Shown here piece after piece: positions 1 through 13,285 of a stretch of 64,000 nt of DNA. The notes beneath the pieces were generated by a model, which made no database searches, was not told the origin of the DNA, and worked only from the letters and a program-made list of their open reading frames with translations. The stretch spans positions 1-64,000 of the forward strand of contig NW_021831871.1 of assembly GCF_006345805.1 (NCBI RefSeq), written 5' to 3'. The translations under genes were made by a program, and so were the position numbers. This stretch comes from Octopus sinensis. Lineage: Eukaryota. How positions within the stretch are numbered: the stretch's first letter is position 1; the number at the start of each line of letters is the position of its first letter.

Positions 1-3000
1 ACCTACGAAGAAATTAAAATACACCGATATTATTCAACCCAAGAATAACAATCGGGTGGTATGTACTTGAAACTTACAACACAAAATGTACGAAACCTAC
101 TAAAACTACACGTGCAAAACAATGTGGCAACAGAAATGAAACGGACCGGTACCCTACGAAAATGACGACCGTCAAAATAATGGGCGGACGTTGTTCCTCA
201 TGTCCCGCAAATAAACCCAAAAGACATAAAGGACACGTGAGGAATACATTTCTATCCTACTCGCATACTTTCACAGCAGTGCTCTACCCAAAGAAATGAA
301 ACACAACACATACATATAAAATAATGGAAGGAAAATAACATAAATATAGACTTGGATACAGCAATGACCCTAATAAACTAGCCAACGTACGAAGATACAT
401 TCTCAACGCAAAAAAATAATCAGAAATAGAAATAGAACATCTAAAAAAAAAAAATACAACCAGGAAAATGTATAGAAGCCTAGAAGCCACACAACATGCC
501 CAATAATATAAACACTGAAACAGTAAAACACGAAGACAACGTAACATTCCCAACAAACACGATGTAAACAAAAAAAACAACAAACCCAGACCGTAAGGAT
601 GCATAATAATACACGACAAACAGCAAGCCAAAACACGGCAAACAAACATATAAATAAGAGAAAGCGACGCAAATCTAAAACCTAGAGACAACGAAGGGAG
701 GCCTAATGATTATGATAATATAAAAAGTAAAATAGTCAAAAACTGAAAACCACAGAGCTCAAAATGGACCCCGACCATACTTCCCAAAAATCAAAATAGA
801 CGAAACAACAACACCAATTATAAACAGCATAAACCTAGCCGTCACGGAGCTAATAGCCACTGAAACAAAAGCGATATCACTGAGCTAAATGACTTAGTAT
901 ACGCAGCAGCCACTGCAGCACAAAAGAAGCTGGATACTCACTCAAACCCATCCAAGAGGAGTAACCACCACCCAAACAAACCCTGTGGATAAATAACATC
1001 CAAACCAAAATAAAAAATGAGAAAAGATCTGTCGATTCTAATTAAATCAGTAGCGTTGATGCTACTGAGCACACAAAAAAACAAAAATACTCCAAATATA
1101 ACATCACAGAAAAAAGATTTACCTGAGATAAAAGAAAAGGAAGCAAGATATCCTTGCCAAAGCACAAAGGATCCGCCGGTACGAGAACGCCAGCGCTTCT
1201 TTGAACAAAACAAAAAGTTCAAACTCCACCCCAAAATGTTCTACCACAAGACTTGGCAAAAGCAGCACCAACGGCAGAAGAAGTGGAAGAATTCTGGAGA
1301 GAAATATGGTCGGCGAACGAACAACCCCCCAAAAAAGGAGTATTAAACAACAAACTCAGCATCTGAGCAACTTTGGACCCCCTAACAACTGAAGAGGTCA
1401 CCCGGCACTGCAAAAACTGAGCAACTGGAAGGCACCTGGAACATGACAAGATCCCCAACTTCTGGTTGAAATAGCTAACAGGAATGCACAAAAAGCTGGC
1501 TGAAAACTATAACACAAAACTAGCAGAGCAGAGACAATGCCTGAATGGCTCACGAAGGGGGAAACCATCTTAATTCCCAAATCAAATGAAACAGCAAAAC
1601 TAGAAAACTACAGACCAATAACCTGTCTCCCTACAATGTACAGGGCATTTACTGCAGTGATATCGCAAAGGTTGAACAAACACCTTGACGAAAACAACCT
1701 GTTTCCAGAAGAGCAGAAAGGATGCCGCAAAGCTCATATGGCTGTAAAGATCAACTAATGATTAATAAAGCCATAACTGAAGACAGCCACAGAAAGAAGA
1801 AAGGCCTCAGTATGGCCTGGATCGACTACAAAAAGGCGTTTGGTAGCATCCCCCCACCATGGATCCTCGAAACACTAGCCATTAACAAAGTAGCACCAAC
1901 AATTATAAATTCATAGGCACTCTATGAATAAATGGCAAACATTGCTACACAGCCCAAACAAAAGAGGGACTCATGAAAACCAAAGCCATCCCCATTAGAG
2001 AGGAATATTCCAGGGAGACACGCTCTCTCCACTCCTTTTCTGCTTGGCACTGTCACCTCTATCTGATATGCTAAATAGAACTGGATGCGGATATAAAGGT
2101 TACGGCAAAACGATCAGCCACCTTTTATATATGGATGACCTAAAACTATACGCTGCAAATGACAAACAGCTGGAAACATATTAAAGACAGTTCATGGATT
2201 ACCAAAGAAATAGATATGAAATTTGGATTAGAAAAATGCGCCAAAGTAACCATGAAAAGAGGAAAACTAGTCAAGAGTAGCAACATCACCACTAGATAAA
2301 ACCAATAAAATAAAAGAATTAGACCAAAGCCAAACTTACAAATACTTAGGAATCCAGAACTAGATAAGACACAACACGCACAAATGAAAGAGAAAATAAA
2401 AAAGAATACTATAGACGAGTTAGATCAATACTAAAAACAGAGCTCAATGCTAACAGCAAGATAATAGGTATTAACACTTTAGCTGTCCCAGTTATAAGTT
2501 ACAGCTACATATCCTTAACTGGACACTAAATGAACTGACCAAATAGATAGGAAACAAGAAAAATAATGACAGGTTCTAGGATGCATCACCCAAAATCTGA
2601 CATAGAAAGACTATATTTACAACGTATAGAAGGTGGTAGAGGCCTTATACAGCTGGAAAACTACTATAAAATAACCACCATAGGACTGCAAAAATATCTA
2701 CTTCAGAAGGAAGGAAAACTGATACAAATAGCGGCAAAACACGAGCAAAACAAAAAACTGTTTCAGTATTTAAGGAAGCTGACAAATACAAACAAGAAAT
2801 CATACCACCTAATAATATGAAGAAGAAGAAGAAGATGAGAAACAACAAAGCTATAAAACAAATGAAATCCAAAAAAAAATCACAGCAACGAACCATGATA
2901 AAACGATGGCAAGAAAAGCCCCTCATGGTAATACTGGACTAAACTAAACGCAAAAGAATAGACAAAGAAAAAATCCCAGCAATGGTTGAGAAGCTCAGGA

Positions 3001-3757
3001 CTCAAAGCAGAGACAGAGGATATTTATTGCAGCACACAAGACCAAAGCCTCCCACCAGAAATTACCAAAAACATGTAATGAAAAGAATATAACAGTAACT
3101 GCAGAATATGTGGAGATGGACAAGAAACAATAAATCATATTATCTCTGGCTGCCCAGTCCTGGCTAAGAAGGAATATATTCACAGACATGACAGAGTTGG
3201 GACCTACATACACTGGAAGCTATGCCAACATTATGGAATAACAACAGAAAAAAGATGGTATAGGCACACACCAGAAAAGGTCACAGAAAACGAGAAAGCA
3301 ACCATACTCTGGGATATGCCGATACACACAGATAGAGAAATTAAGGCCAACAGACCAGATACAGTTGTCAGAGATCATGAAGAAAAGAATGATTTCTAAT
3401 TGATGTATCAATACCGGCAGATGACAACGTGTCTCTAAAAGAAATGGAGAAACTTTCAAAATACAAGACCTGGAAATAGACGTAACCAAATGTGGAATCT
3501 AAAAACAGAAATAATTCCTATCATAGTAGGTGCATTAGGATGATAAAAAATATTCAGACAAATACATAACAAAAACACCAGGACTTACAAACACATATAA
3601 CATACAGAAATTGCACTACTAGGCACTGCACACATCCTACGCAGAACACTTTCCATACAATAACCATCAGAGCATCACAAGAAATCACAGCACATACCCA
3701 AGGCACACAGAGCTGCGCTCGGTAGTGAAGTGAAAGCACGCTATAAAAATAAAACTA

Positions 3758-3760
<3 letters not shown>
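1..3760 (+). mobile_element. R4/Dong-type RLE non-LTR retrotransposon, family A, near full length, heavily frameshifted
   Basis: N-terminal NKLANVRRYIL (~375-410); RT motifs NYRPITCLPTMY, QKGC, GCKDQL, WIDYKKAF, QGDTLSP (~2013), YMDDLKLY (~2128); CCHC knuckle (CRICGDGQETINHIISGC, ~3100-3150); RPD / LIDVSIP RLE motifs; stop ~3663; 3' UTR runs into (AAT)n. Confidence 0.9.
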
Positions 3761-3790
<30 letters not shown>

Positions 3791-3799
3791 CATAATAAT

Positions 3800-4351
3800 G
3801 ATGCAGTACTAGGCAGTGGCTCTCATGGCTTCTGATCTTAACTGATTGGAAGTGTTATCATGTACATTGTTTTGTCTTGGTATAAAAGATGGGCTACAGC
3901 AAATATTCTGCTCAATACCACAGATTTGCTTGTCAGCTGTTTGACCGTAACCAGTTGAGCATGTCCCTTAGTGGCTGACGATATGTGCATCTCTGATCAC
4001 GAGCAGAAGTAGTGGGGGAGCATCATAGCCATGTGTTGAGAGGGATTCTTTGGGGTTTGAATAATTCACCTCTGAAAACATGGGTGGTTTTCTTTCAACA
4101 TCCTTAAACAACCCTTATTCAGGGACCTTTTGAGGGGGATGGGCTACTCAACCTGAAGAAAATTCTAACTGGGCCCCATCTGCAAGGTCATGTGCTGTTT
4201 ATCTTGATATGAGATCACATGTCGCGCACATATGGTTGTGATGCATGTGCCTGGTGTACCCTTATCAGACGGGTAGTCATGATGGGTATATCGGGCTTCG
4301 TATATTTTAACACCCAGTGTCACTTGATGGCATGAACTGCTCTCTCACTTC
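3800..4351 (+). mobile_element. Non-coding ~550-bp retroposed repeat 'X', copy 1
   Basis: Homologous to 21615-22042, 23729-24131 and 24169-24437; 3' end ctgctctctcact(c)aataat abuts (AAT)n; no ORF. Confidence 0.8.
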
Positions 4352-4384
<33 letters not shown>

Positions 4385-4444
4385 TAATAATATAATAATA
4401 ATATAATAATAATAATAATGAATAATAATAATAATAATATAATA

Positions 4445-4477
<33 letters not shown>

Positions 4478-4498
4478 TAATAATATAATAATAATAAT

Positions 4499-6370
4499 TG
4501 ACTCACTGTCACCACTCCTCTTTTGTTATCCTTAATACCTCTCTCAAAGCTGCTCAATGACGCGCAGTACGGGTATAAAATGTTTGATAAAAATAAAATC
4601 ATCTCGTTTACATGGATGATTTAAAGCTTTTTGCAAAAAATGATCAACAACTCAAGGTCTTACTAGCGATAGTCAAACAATTCAGTGACGACATCAGAAT
4701 GCAATTCGGCCTCGATAAATGTGCAAAGGCTACCTTTATCAAAGGAAAAATGACAGAAACATCTAACGTACCTTGACCAACAGAATGTCATAAAAGAAAC
4801 TAGACCCAGCGGAGAGCTACAAGTACCTAGGGGTAATTGAAGGGAACGGAATAAGGCATTCAGAGATGAAGGAAAGGATCAGGAGAGAATGCTATCGAAG
4901 AGTGAGAGCAATACTCAAGACAAGAGCTGAATGCAAGAAACAGGATCGAAGCAATCAATGCATTAGCTATACCAGTCGTGACTTACAGTTTCAATTTGTT
5001 AACTGGTCAATTACTGAAATATGTCAGGTCGACAGAAAAACAAGGAAACTGTTGACAATGCATAGAATGCACCACCCTAAGGCAGATACAGAACGACTCT
5101 ATCTGCCAAGAAAAGAGGGAGGCCGTGGTCTTTTGCAACTGGCAATAACAATGAAGATTGCTACAATTGGCCTAGACACCCTACCTGAAAAACTCTGAGG
5201 ACTGGATGTTAAACTTGTCTCAAACATGAAACAAGAAAGCATCATACTCAGTCACAAAACAGGCAAAGGAATATCTAAGTGAATTCCGAATACAACCATT
5301 TCGGAATTAGAGATAGACATACGAGAAACAAGCACAGAAAAAGCTAGGGCGCATGAAAACCCGTGCCAAAACTGCGGCCTTAGATATTCTGAATAATAAA
5401 TGGCAGAAAAACCTCTCTATGGCAAATACCCAAAGAGAGCGAATAATGCAGATATCGACAAAAGCCCTGACCATCAATGGCTAATGGCCTCTGGCTTAAA
5501 TCTGAACAGAGGGTTTATCATAGCACTCAAGATCAATGCCTACCAACAAGAAACTACCAGGCCAACATATTAAAGATCAGAAGCAGTCCAACGTGTCGTG
5601 TATGCAAGCAACAAAATGAAACCATTGACCATGTGGTCTCCAAGTGCAGTCTTCTAGCGCCTACAGAGTATCTCAACAGGCACGATAGAGCTGCCACAAT
5701 ATATTCACTGGGTAATCTGTAAAAACCTGGATTTGCCCCATGAAAAAAACTGGTGGGAACACAAACCACCCCCAGTGCTTGAAAATGACCACATCTCACT
5801 CCTCTGGAACTTCACCATTCAAACTGACAGGAAGATAGATGCAAATAGGCCAGACATCATATTGAAAGACTTCAAACAAAGAACATGCCTCCTCATTGAT
5901 ATGACTGTCCCAATCGATATAAACGTATCTGTCAGGACCTACCAAAAACTGAGCAATATAAAGATCTTGAAATAGAAATCAGCAAAATGTGGAAGCTGAG
6001 ACTAAAACATACCTGTTTGTCATAGGTGCCCTGGGATGATAGCAAAAGGGCTGATAGCTACCTAACTCAGATACCAGGAACCCAAAAATGGCAGAAGTTC
6101 AAAAGATAGTGCTCATGGGAACTGCTCATATCCTACGCAAAATACTCTCTATGTAACCTCAAGGTTTAAAACAACCATATTTTCGGTTAAAAAAAAAAAA
6201 AAAAAAAACTTTTTTTTTTTTAGACATTCATTAGTACAACATCCCCACCCCCCCCCCAAATATATGGCACACTAGCATAACAACAACATAACTTCCAACC
6301 CTGTTGTCTCTTGAGGTCTCTGGTGAGACTTGGAGCCAACTTGTACAATATAAAAGCAAAAGTCAAACAA

Positions 6371-6371
<1 letters not shown>
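4499..6371 (+). mobile_element. R4/Dong-type RLE retrotransposon, family B, 5'-truncated
   Basis: Starts at the DSLSP RT motif; YMDDLKLF; CRVCKQQNETIDHVVSKC; RPDIILKD / LLIDMTVP; stop 6154-6156; near-identical to 26186-28067 including 3' UTR; (TAA)n on both sides. Confidence 0.93.
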
Positions 6372-6442
<71 letters not shown>

Positions 6443-6443
<1 letters not shown>

Positions 6444-6728
6444 TGAATTACAGAGACTATGGAAAGTACGGGTAAAATGTATCACAGTAGTTATAGGTGC
6501 ATTGGGAACTATATCTAAATATCTGAACAAATGGATAGAAGAAATAGGCATAAAACCCAATTTAATACAGCACCAGAAAACAGTGTTATTAGGGATAGGT
6601 AGGAAACTTAGCGGCGTTCTTGGCATCTAAGGTTACTTGTTGTAGTCCGATGTTAGGATTTTTTTTCTTTTCCAACAGTGTAATCCGTTGAGTGTATATG
6701 GAAACAAAAAAAAAATGATGATGATGAT
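6443..6728 (+). mobile_element. 3' fragment of a third RLE non-LTR family (C)
   Basis: ELQRLWKVRVKCITVVIGALGTISK...QKTVLLGIGRKLSGVLGI* is the typical RLE C-terminus; followed by short UTR, A-run and (ATG)n. Confidence 0.8.
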
Positions 6729-7249
6729 TTGAAGAAGAGAATCAGTACCATCCAATCAGAGACCACTGAATATATGTAATTTTTCAGAATGCACTAAATA
6801 ACTGTCTACTATTATCAACTACATAAGGAGTGGTATGACAAAGTCGGAGGGCTTCGTTCAATGTTATACCAGAGTTATGAAATACCCGCACAAAATGATG
6901 ATATGTACATATACACAATTTTCTGAGAAAATCACACTCTCAACAAAGATCGTAAGAAAACCCTGTCAACCCGAAAATATTCGAATCGTTTAAAATTTTA
7001 CAAAAACAGAAATACTACGAATTTTTGAGGAAACCATAATTCTCAGTTAGTTAGCTAGCAAGATCAGTAACTGATAATTCTTGGTCTTTGCTCTCTTTTC
7101 CTTGAAATACATCAGTGCGAATCGTAAATAACGCCCTCAGTCAAACGGCGAACCTGTTATTTCTTCAGGTTCCATGGATTACATTCAGAACAGCTCGTAT
7201 AAAACAAACCAACTACAAAAGTGGAAACAAAAGTAATGCTTTCTAATTT

Positions 7250-8285
7250 AGGCACAAGTCGAGTAATTTTAAGGTGAAGAGGTTAGTTAGTTAATACCAC
7301 TGACTCTAGTGATTGAGTGGTACTTTAATTTATTGACTTCGGTTAGATTTGAACATATTTTAGAATGCAGCACGAAAGTTTCTGAACAACTACTAGAAAA
7401 CACTTCGACTCCCTAACGATTCTGAAAAATTGAACCCGAAAGGCTGAAAGGCGAAGTTGATATCGGCAGTAATTGAATTCGGAGCGTAAACAATCGAAAG
7501 GCATTTTTTCTGACTCAAATATTCCCGTCATTCCACTGCCCTAATTGTCCTTTCTGCAATAGGCACAAGGCCTGAAATTTTGAGGGAGGGGTAAGTCGAT
7601 TACTTAGACCCCAGTGCTGGACTGGTACTTATATCATCGACCACAAAATAAGGCAAATAAGGCTGACTCGACCTCGTCGGAATTTCAACTCAGAACATAA
7701 AGACAGAAGAAATTTCGTACGGTGTGCCAACGATTCTTTTATATTATAGGCACAAAGCCTGATATTTTGGGAGAGGGGGATAGTCGATTACATCGACCCC
7801 AGTACGCAACTGGTACTTAATTTATCGACCCCGAAAGGATGAAAGGTAAAGTCGATCTCGACACAATTCGAACTCAGATCGTAGCGACGGGCGAAATATC
7901 GCTAAGTACTTTTTCCAACGTGCTTACAATTCTGCCAGCCCGATGCCTTAATCCATCGCTAAAAATGCACACACTGTAGCGAGGGTATTATATCGTTTCA
8001 GTTGTCCAGTGGATCGATCCACAACACAATCAGTCTCACAGGCACACGCGTGCCTAATTTCACAATTCTTTACTACTCAAGGCACAAGGTCCGAAATTTT
8101 GGGGGAGGCGCAGGTCGATTAGATCGAACCCAGTACGCAACTGGTACTTAATTTATCGACCCCGAAAGGATGAAAGTCAAAGTCAACCTCGGCGGAATTT
8201 GAATTCAGAGCTTAAAAACAGACGAAATGCTGCTGAGCATTTTGTCCAGCGTGCTAACGTTTCTGCTACCTCACCCCCTTCGCCT
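7250..8285 (-). mobile_element. Cluster of about four SINE-B copies (tRNA-like head ggcgagctggcagaatcgttagc type)
   Basis: Repeated ggcacaaggcc...gtcgattacatcgaccccagt...gaccccgaaaggatgaaag...ggcggaatttgaactcag blocks at ~7255, 7560, 7748, 8080. Confidence 0.8.
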
Positions 8286-9046
8286 AATTTCACAATGAGA
8301 GCAAATACTTACCAACATGAATCTAAATGCTTACTTTTTCAAAATGTACATGGTTCGGAAGCTTGTACCATTATGTAAATGAACTGTGTTTAATTTAAAT
8401 CTGAAGCCCCATGCTTAATTCAAATTTGAACAAGCATCCTTCCTCTAGTGTCATTGGCAGTTCGGTGGGAAAAGAGAGACAAGTTTTGAAGATTAAGCAG
8501 AGAAAGTAGTCACTTCCGGTCTAATCACAAGCTTCTAAAAAGACAATCGTGGGATCAACGAAACTAAATAGATAGTTTATATCATCTTCATCTAACGTTC
8601 CCTTTTTATACTGGCATGGATAGGACTTTTCGACAGGAATCAATGGAAAAGAGCGGCAATGTTTCATTTTTTTTACTTAGTCTCTACGACTGTGCACTAA
8701 AAAGTTATGGAAGATTATAATATAGATGATAAAACGGAACCATTAGTATCAAATAGACCACGGATTACAATTAAGGATCATAAGGAGAATTTTTAAATAG
8801 ATACAATGGTTAGATTAAATATTATGAAATTATTAACAATAAAAAATAAATACTGGATATACGTCAACTCATAATTTAGCTACTGTTATAGCTTCTATGA
8901 ATAATAAAAAACATAGACTTATTTTACTCAAATGAAAAATGTGCTAACAATAAGTCCCCTGTAAACTGGCTTAATATAAATGACGATAGTAATAATACTA
9001 GATATTTAATTAATAAACAAAACATTATTAATAACAATAGGAATTT

Positions 9047-9315
9047 TGAAAGAAGCCCGTCGTATATATGTATATGTGTATATATGTATGTGTGCGTATA
9101 TGTTTGTGTGTCTGTGTTTATCCCCCCCCCAACATGGCTCGCCAATCGATGCTGGTGTGTTTACGTCACCGTAACTTAGCGGTTCTGCGAAAGAGTCCGA
9201 TAGAATAAGTACTAGGCTTACAAAGAATAAGTCCTGGGGTCGATTTGCTCGACTAAAGGCGGTGTTCCAGCACGGCCGCAGTCAAATGACTGAAACAAGT
9301 AAAAGAGTAAAGAGT
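9047..9315 (+). mobile_element. SINE-A, headless copy
   Basis: gaaagaagcccgtcgtata, internal microsatellite, body and tail tgactgaaacaagtaaaagag shared with 11052-11458. Confidence 0.85.
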
Positions 9316-9356
9316 ATATACATACATACATACATACATTATACATATATATATAC

Positions 9357-9387
<31 letters not shown>

Positions 9388-10088
9388 CATTATATAAAAG
9401 GGCTTAGTAAAATAAATTACTTTGCCGCATACTGAACTCATTAGAAATAGTAGGTAAAAAAACTTTTTTAAAACTATTTCTAATACTTAAAGAAAACCTC
9501 TCTCATATAGTGTTTGCTCAACTCAACTCACGAAAGTATGGGGGTAAAGACATTAAAAAATCAAATGCAAAGGTTATTTTGAACGTACGTTTCAAGATTA
9601 GTCAACTCGACATTTCTATCATCAGCTCAGAACTCCTGGTTTGGATTTGAAAACACTGAAAGTGGGAGCATACCCTTTCGGCTTCTTATCGCTTCTGAAG
9701 ATCTGCTCGAAACTAACAGTGCCATCAAACTCAAATATGCAAGCGAAGAATTTCTGCTCTCCCCTTTCCACCAGCGTGGGTTAAAATCAGTAAACACTAC
9801 TGCTTTTTCGGTAAAATCCGAGGCATTAAATAGAGAGAGATGAATTATAATTTCAACAATTGAGGGTAAAATTAATTAATTATTAATCAATTTCACCAAG
9901 TATTCAGTATGCAAAGGGACCATTTAAGGCGAATTCAAATTATAATTAAATAAAAGGCTTAGTAAAATAAATTACTTTGCCGCATACTTGCATTTGATTT
10001 TTAATGTCTTTACCCCCATACTTTCGTGAGTTGAGTTGAGCAAACACTATATGAGAGAGGTTTTCTTTAAGTATTAGAAATACTTTTA
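9388..10088 (-). mobile_element. Hammerhead-bearing ~555-bp repeat family, diverged copy with short inverted tail
   Basis: Homologous along its length to the 43841-44394 monomer; one monomer plus start of the next (9957-9988), then an inverted segment (9989-10085 matches ~9475-9570); (TA)n on both sides. Confidence 0.88.
9578..9629 (-). ncRNA. Type I hammerhead motif, stem I damaged
   Basis: Minus strand: UGAG CUGAUGA UAGA-AAU-GUC-GAGUU-GAC-UAA-UCUU GAA ACGUACGU U CAAA; 3' strand of stem I lacks 2 nt relative to the 44-45 kb copies. Confidence 0.6.
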
Positions 10089-10133
10089 TATATATATATA
10101 TATATTATATATATGTGTGTGTTGTGTGTGTGT

Positions 10134-10196
<63 letters not shown>

Positions 10197-10537
10197 ATTT
10201 ATCTTGCCACAGTATTTTGATAAACAGTTTTGCTTCTGTATTTCACCCTCAAAACTCACGGCCCACATACATAACTACATGCGGCGGCACGGATGTGGCA
10301 GATAGCTAAGAGGTAAAGTAACAACAATCCGGTGTAAAATAACACGTCGTTTGTTTGTAATTTGTTGTTTCTTGAACAACGATCTCTTATTTTGCAAATG
10401 CTGTAGAATTACCATTATTCCTAGCAGAAGCACGTGACCTGACGTCAACAGAATTCAATACGTCGATGCAAGAAATTTAAACTAGACACGAATGTTTGTT
10501 TAAATTACGTTTTACTGGCTTGTTTATAATTTTCATT

Positions 10538-10575
<38 letters not shown>

Positions 10576-10697
10576 GTTATTGTTACTACTACTACTACTA
10601 CTACTACCACTACTCCTACTACTACCACACTGCTCTACTACTACTATTATTATTATTATTATTGTTATTGTTATTAATTTTATTATTATTATTATTA

Positions 10698-10728
<31 letters not shown>

Positions 10729-11051
10729 CTACTACTACTACTATCATTATTATTATTGTTGTTATTATTATTATTATTTGTTTTCTGTTAATATTTCATA
10801 TATTGATTGGCTTCATTGGATGATTGCTGTTTTAGTTATTATTGTTGACTTTCTAATAGTCGGTTGTTATTTTGTTGCCATTTTGTTTATGTTGCTTTTG
10901 TTGGTGCCGCTGAAATATTGTTGCCGGTGACGTTATCATATTTTCAGTTTCCTTCGCTGTTGTGATAGCAATTTTGCATTGCCAGCTTTATATATCTAAC
11001 ATTTTCTATGCATTTTGCGATGCTGTTGTTGTTATCATAGTAAGGAGTCGC

Positions 11052-11458
11052 ATAGGCGCAGGAGTGGCTGTATGGTAAGTAGCTTGCTTACCAGCCACAT
11101 GGTTCCAGGTTAATTCCTACAGCGTGACACCTTGGCCAAATGTCTTCTACTATAGCCTCGGGCCGACCCAAAGCCTTGTCGGTGGATTTGGTAGACGAAA
11201 ACTGAAAGAAGCCCGTTGTATGTATGTATATATATATTTCTGTGTGTGTGTATATGTTTGTGTGTCTATGTTTGTCTCCCCAGCATCGCATGACAACCGA
11301 TGCTGGTGTATTTTCGTCCCCGTAACTTAGCGGTTCGGCAAAAGAGACCGATAGAATAAGTACTAGGCTTACAAAGAATAAGTCCTGGGTCGATTTACTC
11401 GACTAAAGGCGGTGCTCCAGCATGGCCACAGTCAAATGACTGAAACAAGTAAAAGAGT
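11052..11458 (+). mobile_element. SINE-A, full length (tRNA-derived head, internal TA/TG microsatellite)
   Basis: Head ggcgcaggagtggctgtatggtaagtagc...ggttccaggttaattcctacagcg, then ccttggccaaatgtcttc; conserved body and tail. Confidence 0.88.
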
Positions 11459-11982
11459 ATTATTATTGAAGTGATAGTATTGTTATTACTATTATTTATG
11501 TAATCCATTGCTTATTGCAATATCATTGTTATTATTACAGCTATATTGTTGTGGTAAATGTGTCGTTACGGTTATTTATATGATATTTAGTGTTTGTGGA
11601 GATATCATTGTTGACCTTATCTCTCTATGTGATAACCGCTGGTATAAAAATTGGTTGGTACGGATTGGCTGATTTCTCAAGTCACGCTTTACACCTTATC
11701 ACAGGCGGGTGAGAGGGGATAAAGGATGACCCATTCAACCGAAAGTAAAGACAAAACGAAATAAAAACAAAACAAAGACAAAGACAAATAATTGGAAGCA
11801 ACAGGTGACAGGGTAGCATTGCATGTAAGCATTAAATGCCAGAGGTGGGAAAACTTGATATTGTTTTATCGAGTAAATCGATATTGTTGTACAAACACAC
11901 ATGGACATATATACACACCCGCAAGCGCGCATAAATAAACACACAATCTCGCATAAATATTTATAAACGTGAATATGTATAT

Positions 11983-12017
<35 letters not shown>

Positions 12018-12019
<2 letters not shown>

Positions 12020-12182
12020 GGGGAGAGTTTAGGAAAAAAAACCAAAAGACGAAGACAGGTGGTGTACAAAACAAACAGATGTATTAGTATGACGCTCAGG
12101 AATAGAAAAAGGCTTTTACGTTTCGAGCCTACGCTCTTCTACAGAAAGGGACACAGAAAAAACAAGGAGAGAAACAACGAGA

Positions 12183-12186
<4 letters not shown>
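12018..12186 (-). mobile_element. Short TA-embedded element with minimal hammerhead-like motif (12113-12148)
   Basis: Minus strand CUUU CUGUAGA A GAGC-GUAG-GCUC GAA ACGU A AAAG; homologues at 15868-16010 and 35826-35905. Confidence 0.65.
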
Positions 12187-12277
<91 letters not shown>

Positions 12278-12358
12278 TAAATAATAAGGGTAGAGATTGA
12301 TATTAATCGATTAAAACCAGTGACTTAGCATATTTAAAAAATCCGAAGATTAAAAATT

Positions 12359-12553
12359 GTGTTACGTACAAAATTAAGAGGAATGACCAATAAAGTAGAC
12401 ACCTAATATGCTAAACATAGACGCCGAATAGCCATTACATCAAAACGCCAAAACGCGACTTTGGCGTTTTGTTGAAAATGCGATTTGACGTCTATGTTTA
12501 GCATATTAGGTGTCCACCTTAGTGGTCATTCCTCTTAATTTTGTATGTAACAC
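12359..12553. repeat. Foldback / MITE-like inverted repeat
   Basis: ~65-bp arms 12359-12423 and 12489-12553; inner hairpin caaaacgccaaa...tttggcgttttg. Confidence 0.8.
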
Positions 12554-12866
12554 TTACTTCAACTAGCGTGTCACTTCAACTAAGTCCTATATTTCAGCGA
12601 GGATTTAGGGTTCACGCACCCATAGCAACACATTGCATTCCGGCAACGGCTGGTAGTCGATTAAATTGACTGTGTACTCGACTGTTACTTTTTTTTTTCG
12701 AACAAGGAATGACGACAAACAAAGTTGAAGTCGGTGTACTTTGAATTCAGAACAAGAGCCGAACCAGAACACGAATGGCATTTTGTTCTTCGCTGTATCA
12801 GAACAACTACATTAAAAATATCTATTTCTAATTTCGGCATAAGGCTAACAATTTAGAAGAGTGGGT

Positions 12867-13285
12867 GGATCTTTTCGGTTTGAACGGCAGTTTTTTCTAG
12901 CGGTGTCATGAAATTGTCACCTATAATTATGACCTTAGTATCGATCTATTGCATTTCAATCTGTTTTAGGGTTAGGGTTATGGTTAGGGGTGGGGGAGGG
13001 TATCTTTTTTCTTTAGAAATGTAAATAAACCCAATCTGTTTCTTAAACGAGGGACATATTCATACGGCACAGAATGTTTTCACCTCAATAGACGTAACTG
13101 ATTGGTTGAAATTGCAGAAATTGAAGAAAAAAAAACAACAAATATCTTACAAACTATAGAATTTTCTCAATAAAGCCAAGAGAAAAAAATGTTTTATAAA
13201 CACATTCTACCAGTATACGAAGTTTAAAAGTGTTTAGTTACATGGAAATTATTTTAAAAAACTGCCGTTCAAACCGAAAAGATCC
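12867..13285. mobile_element. MITE with ~30-bp TIRs and internal TTAGGG repeats
   Basis: ggatcttttcggtttgaacggcagtttttt at 12867 and its perfect reverse complement ending 13285; ttagggttagggttatggttaggg at 12966-12989. Confidence 0.85.

Noticed and set aside
7110-7170. Minus-strand CUGAAGA with AAUAAC/GUUAUU stem
   Set aside because: No GAAA after stem II; likely chance
8500-10450. Isolated TF-like motifs (cacttccggt ~8511; cacgtgacctgacgtca ~10430)
   Set aside because: Short motifs expected by chance; no gene context
11052-11130. SINE heads as tRNA genes (also 19070-19148, 42387-42465)
   Set aside because: Continue into shared SINE bodies; no complete cloverleaf established
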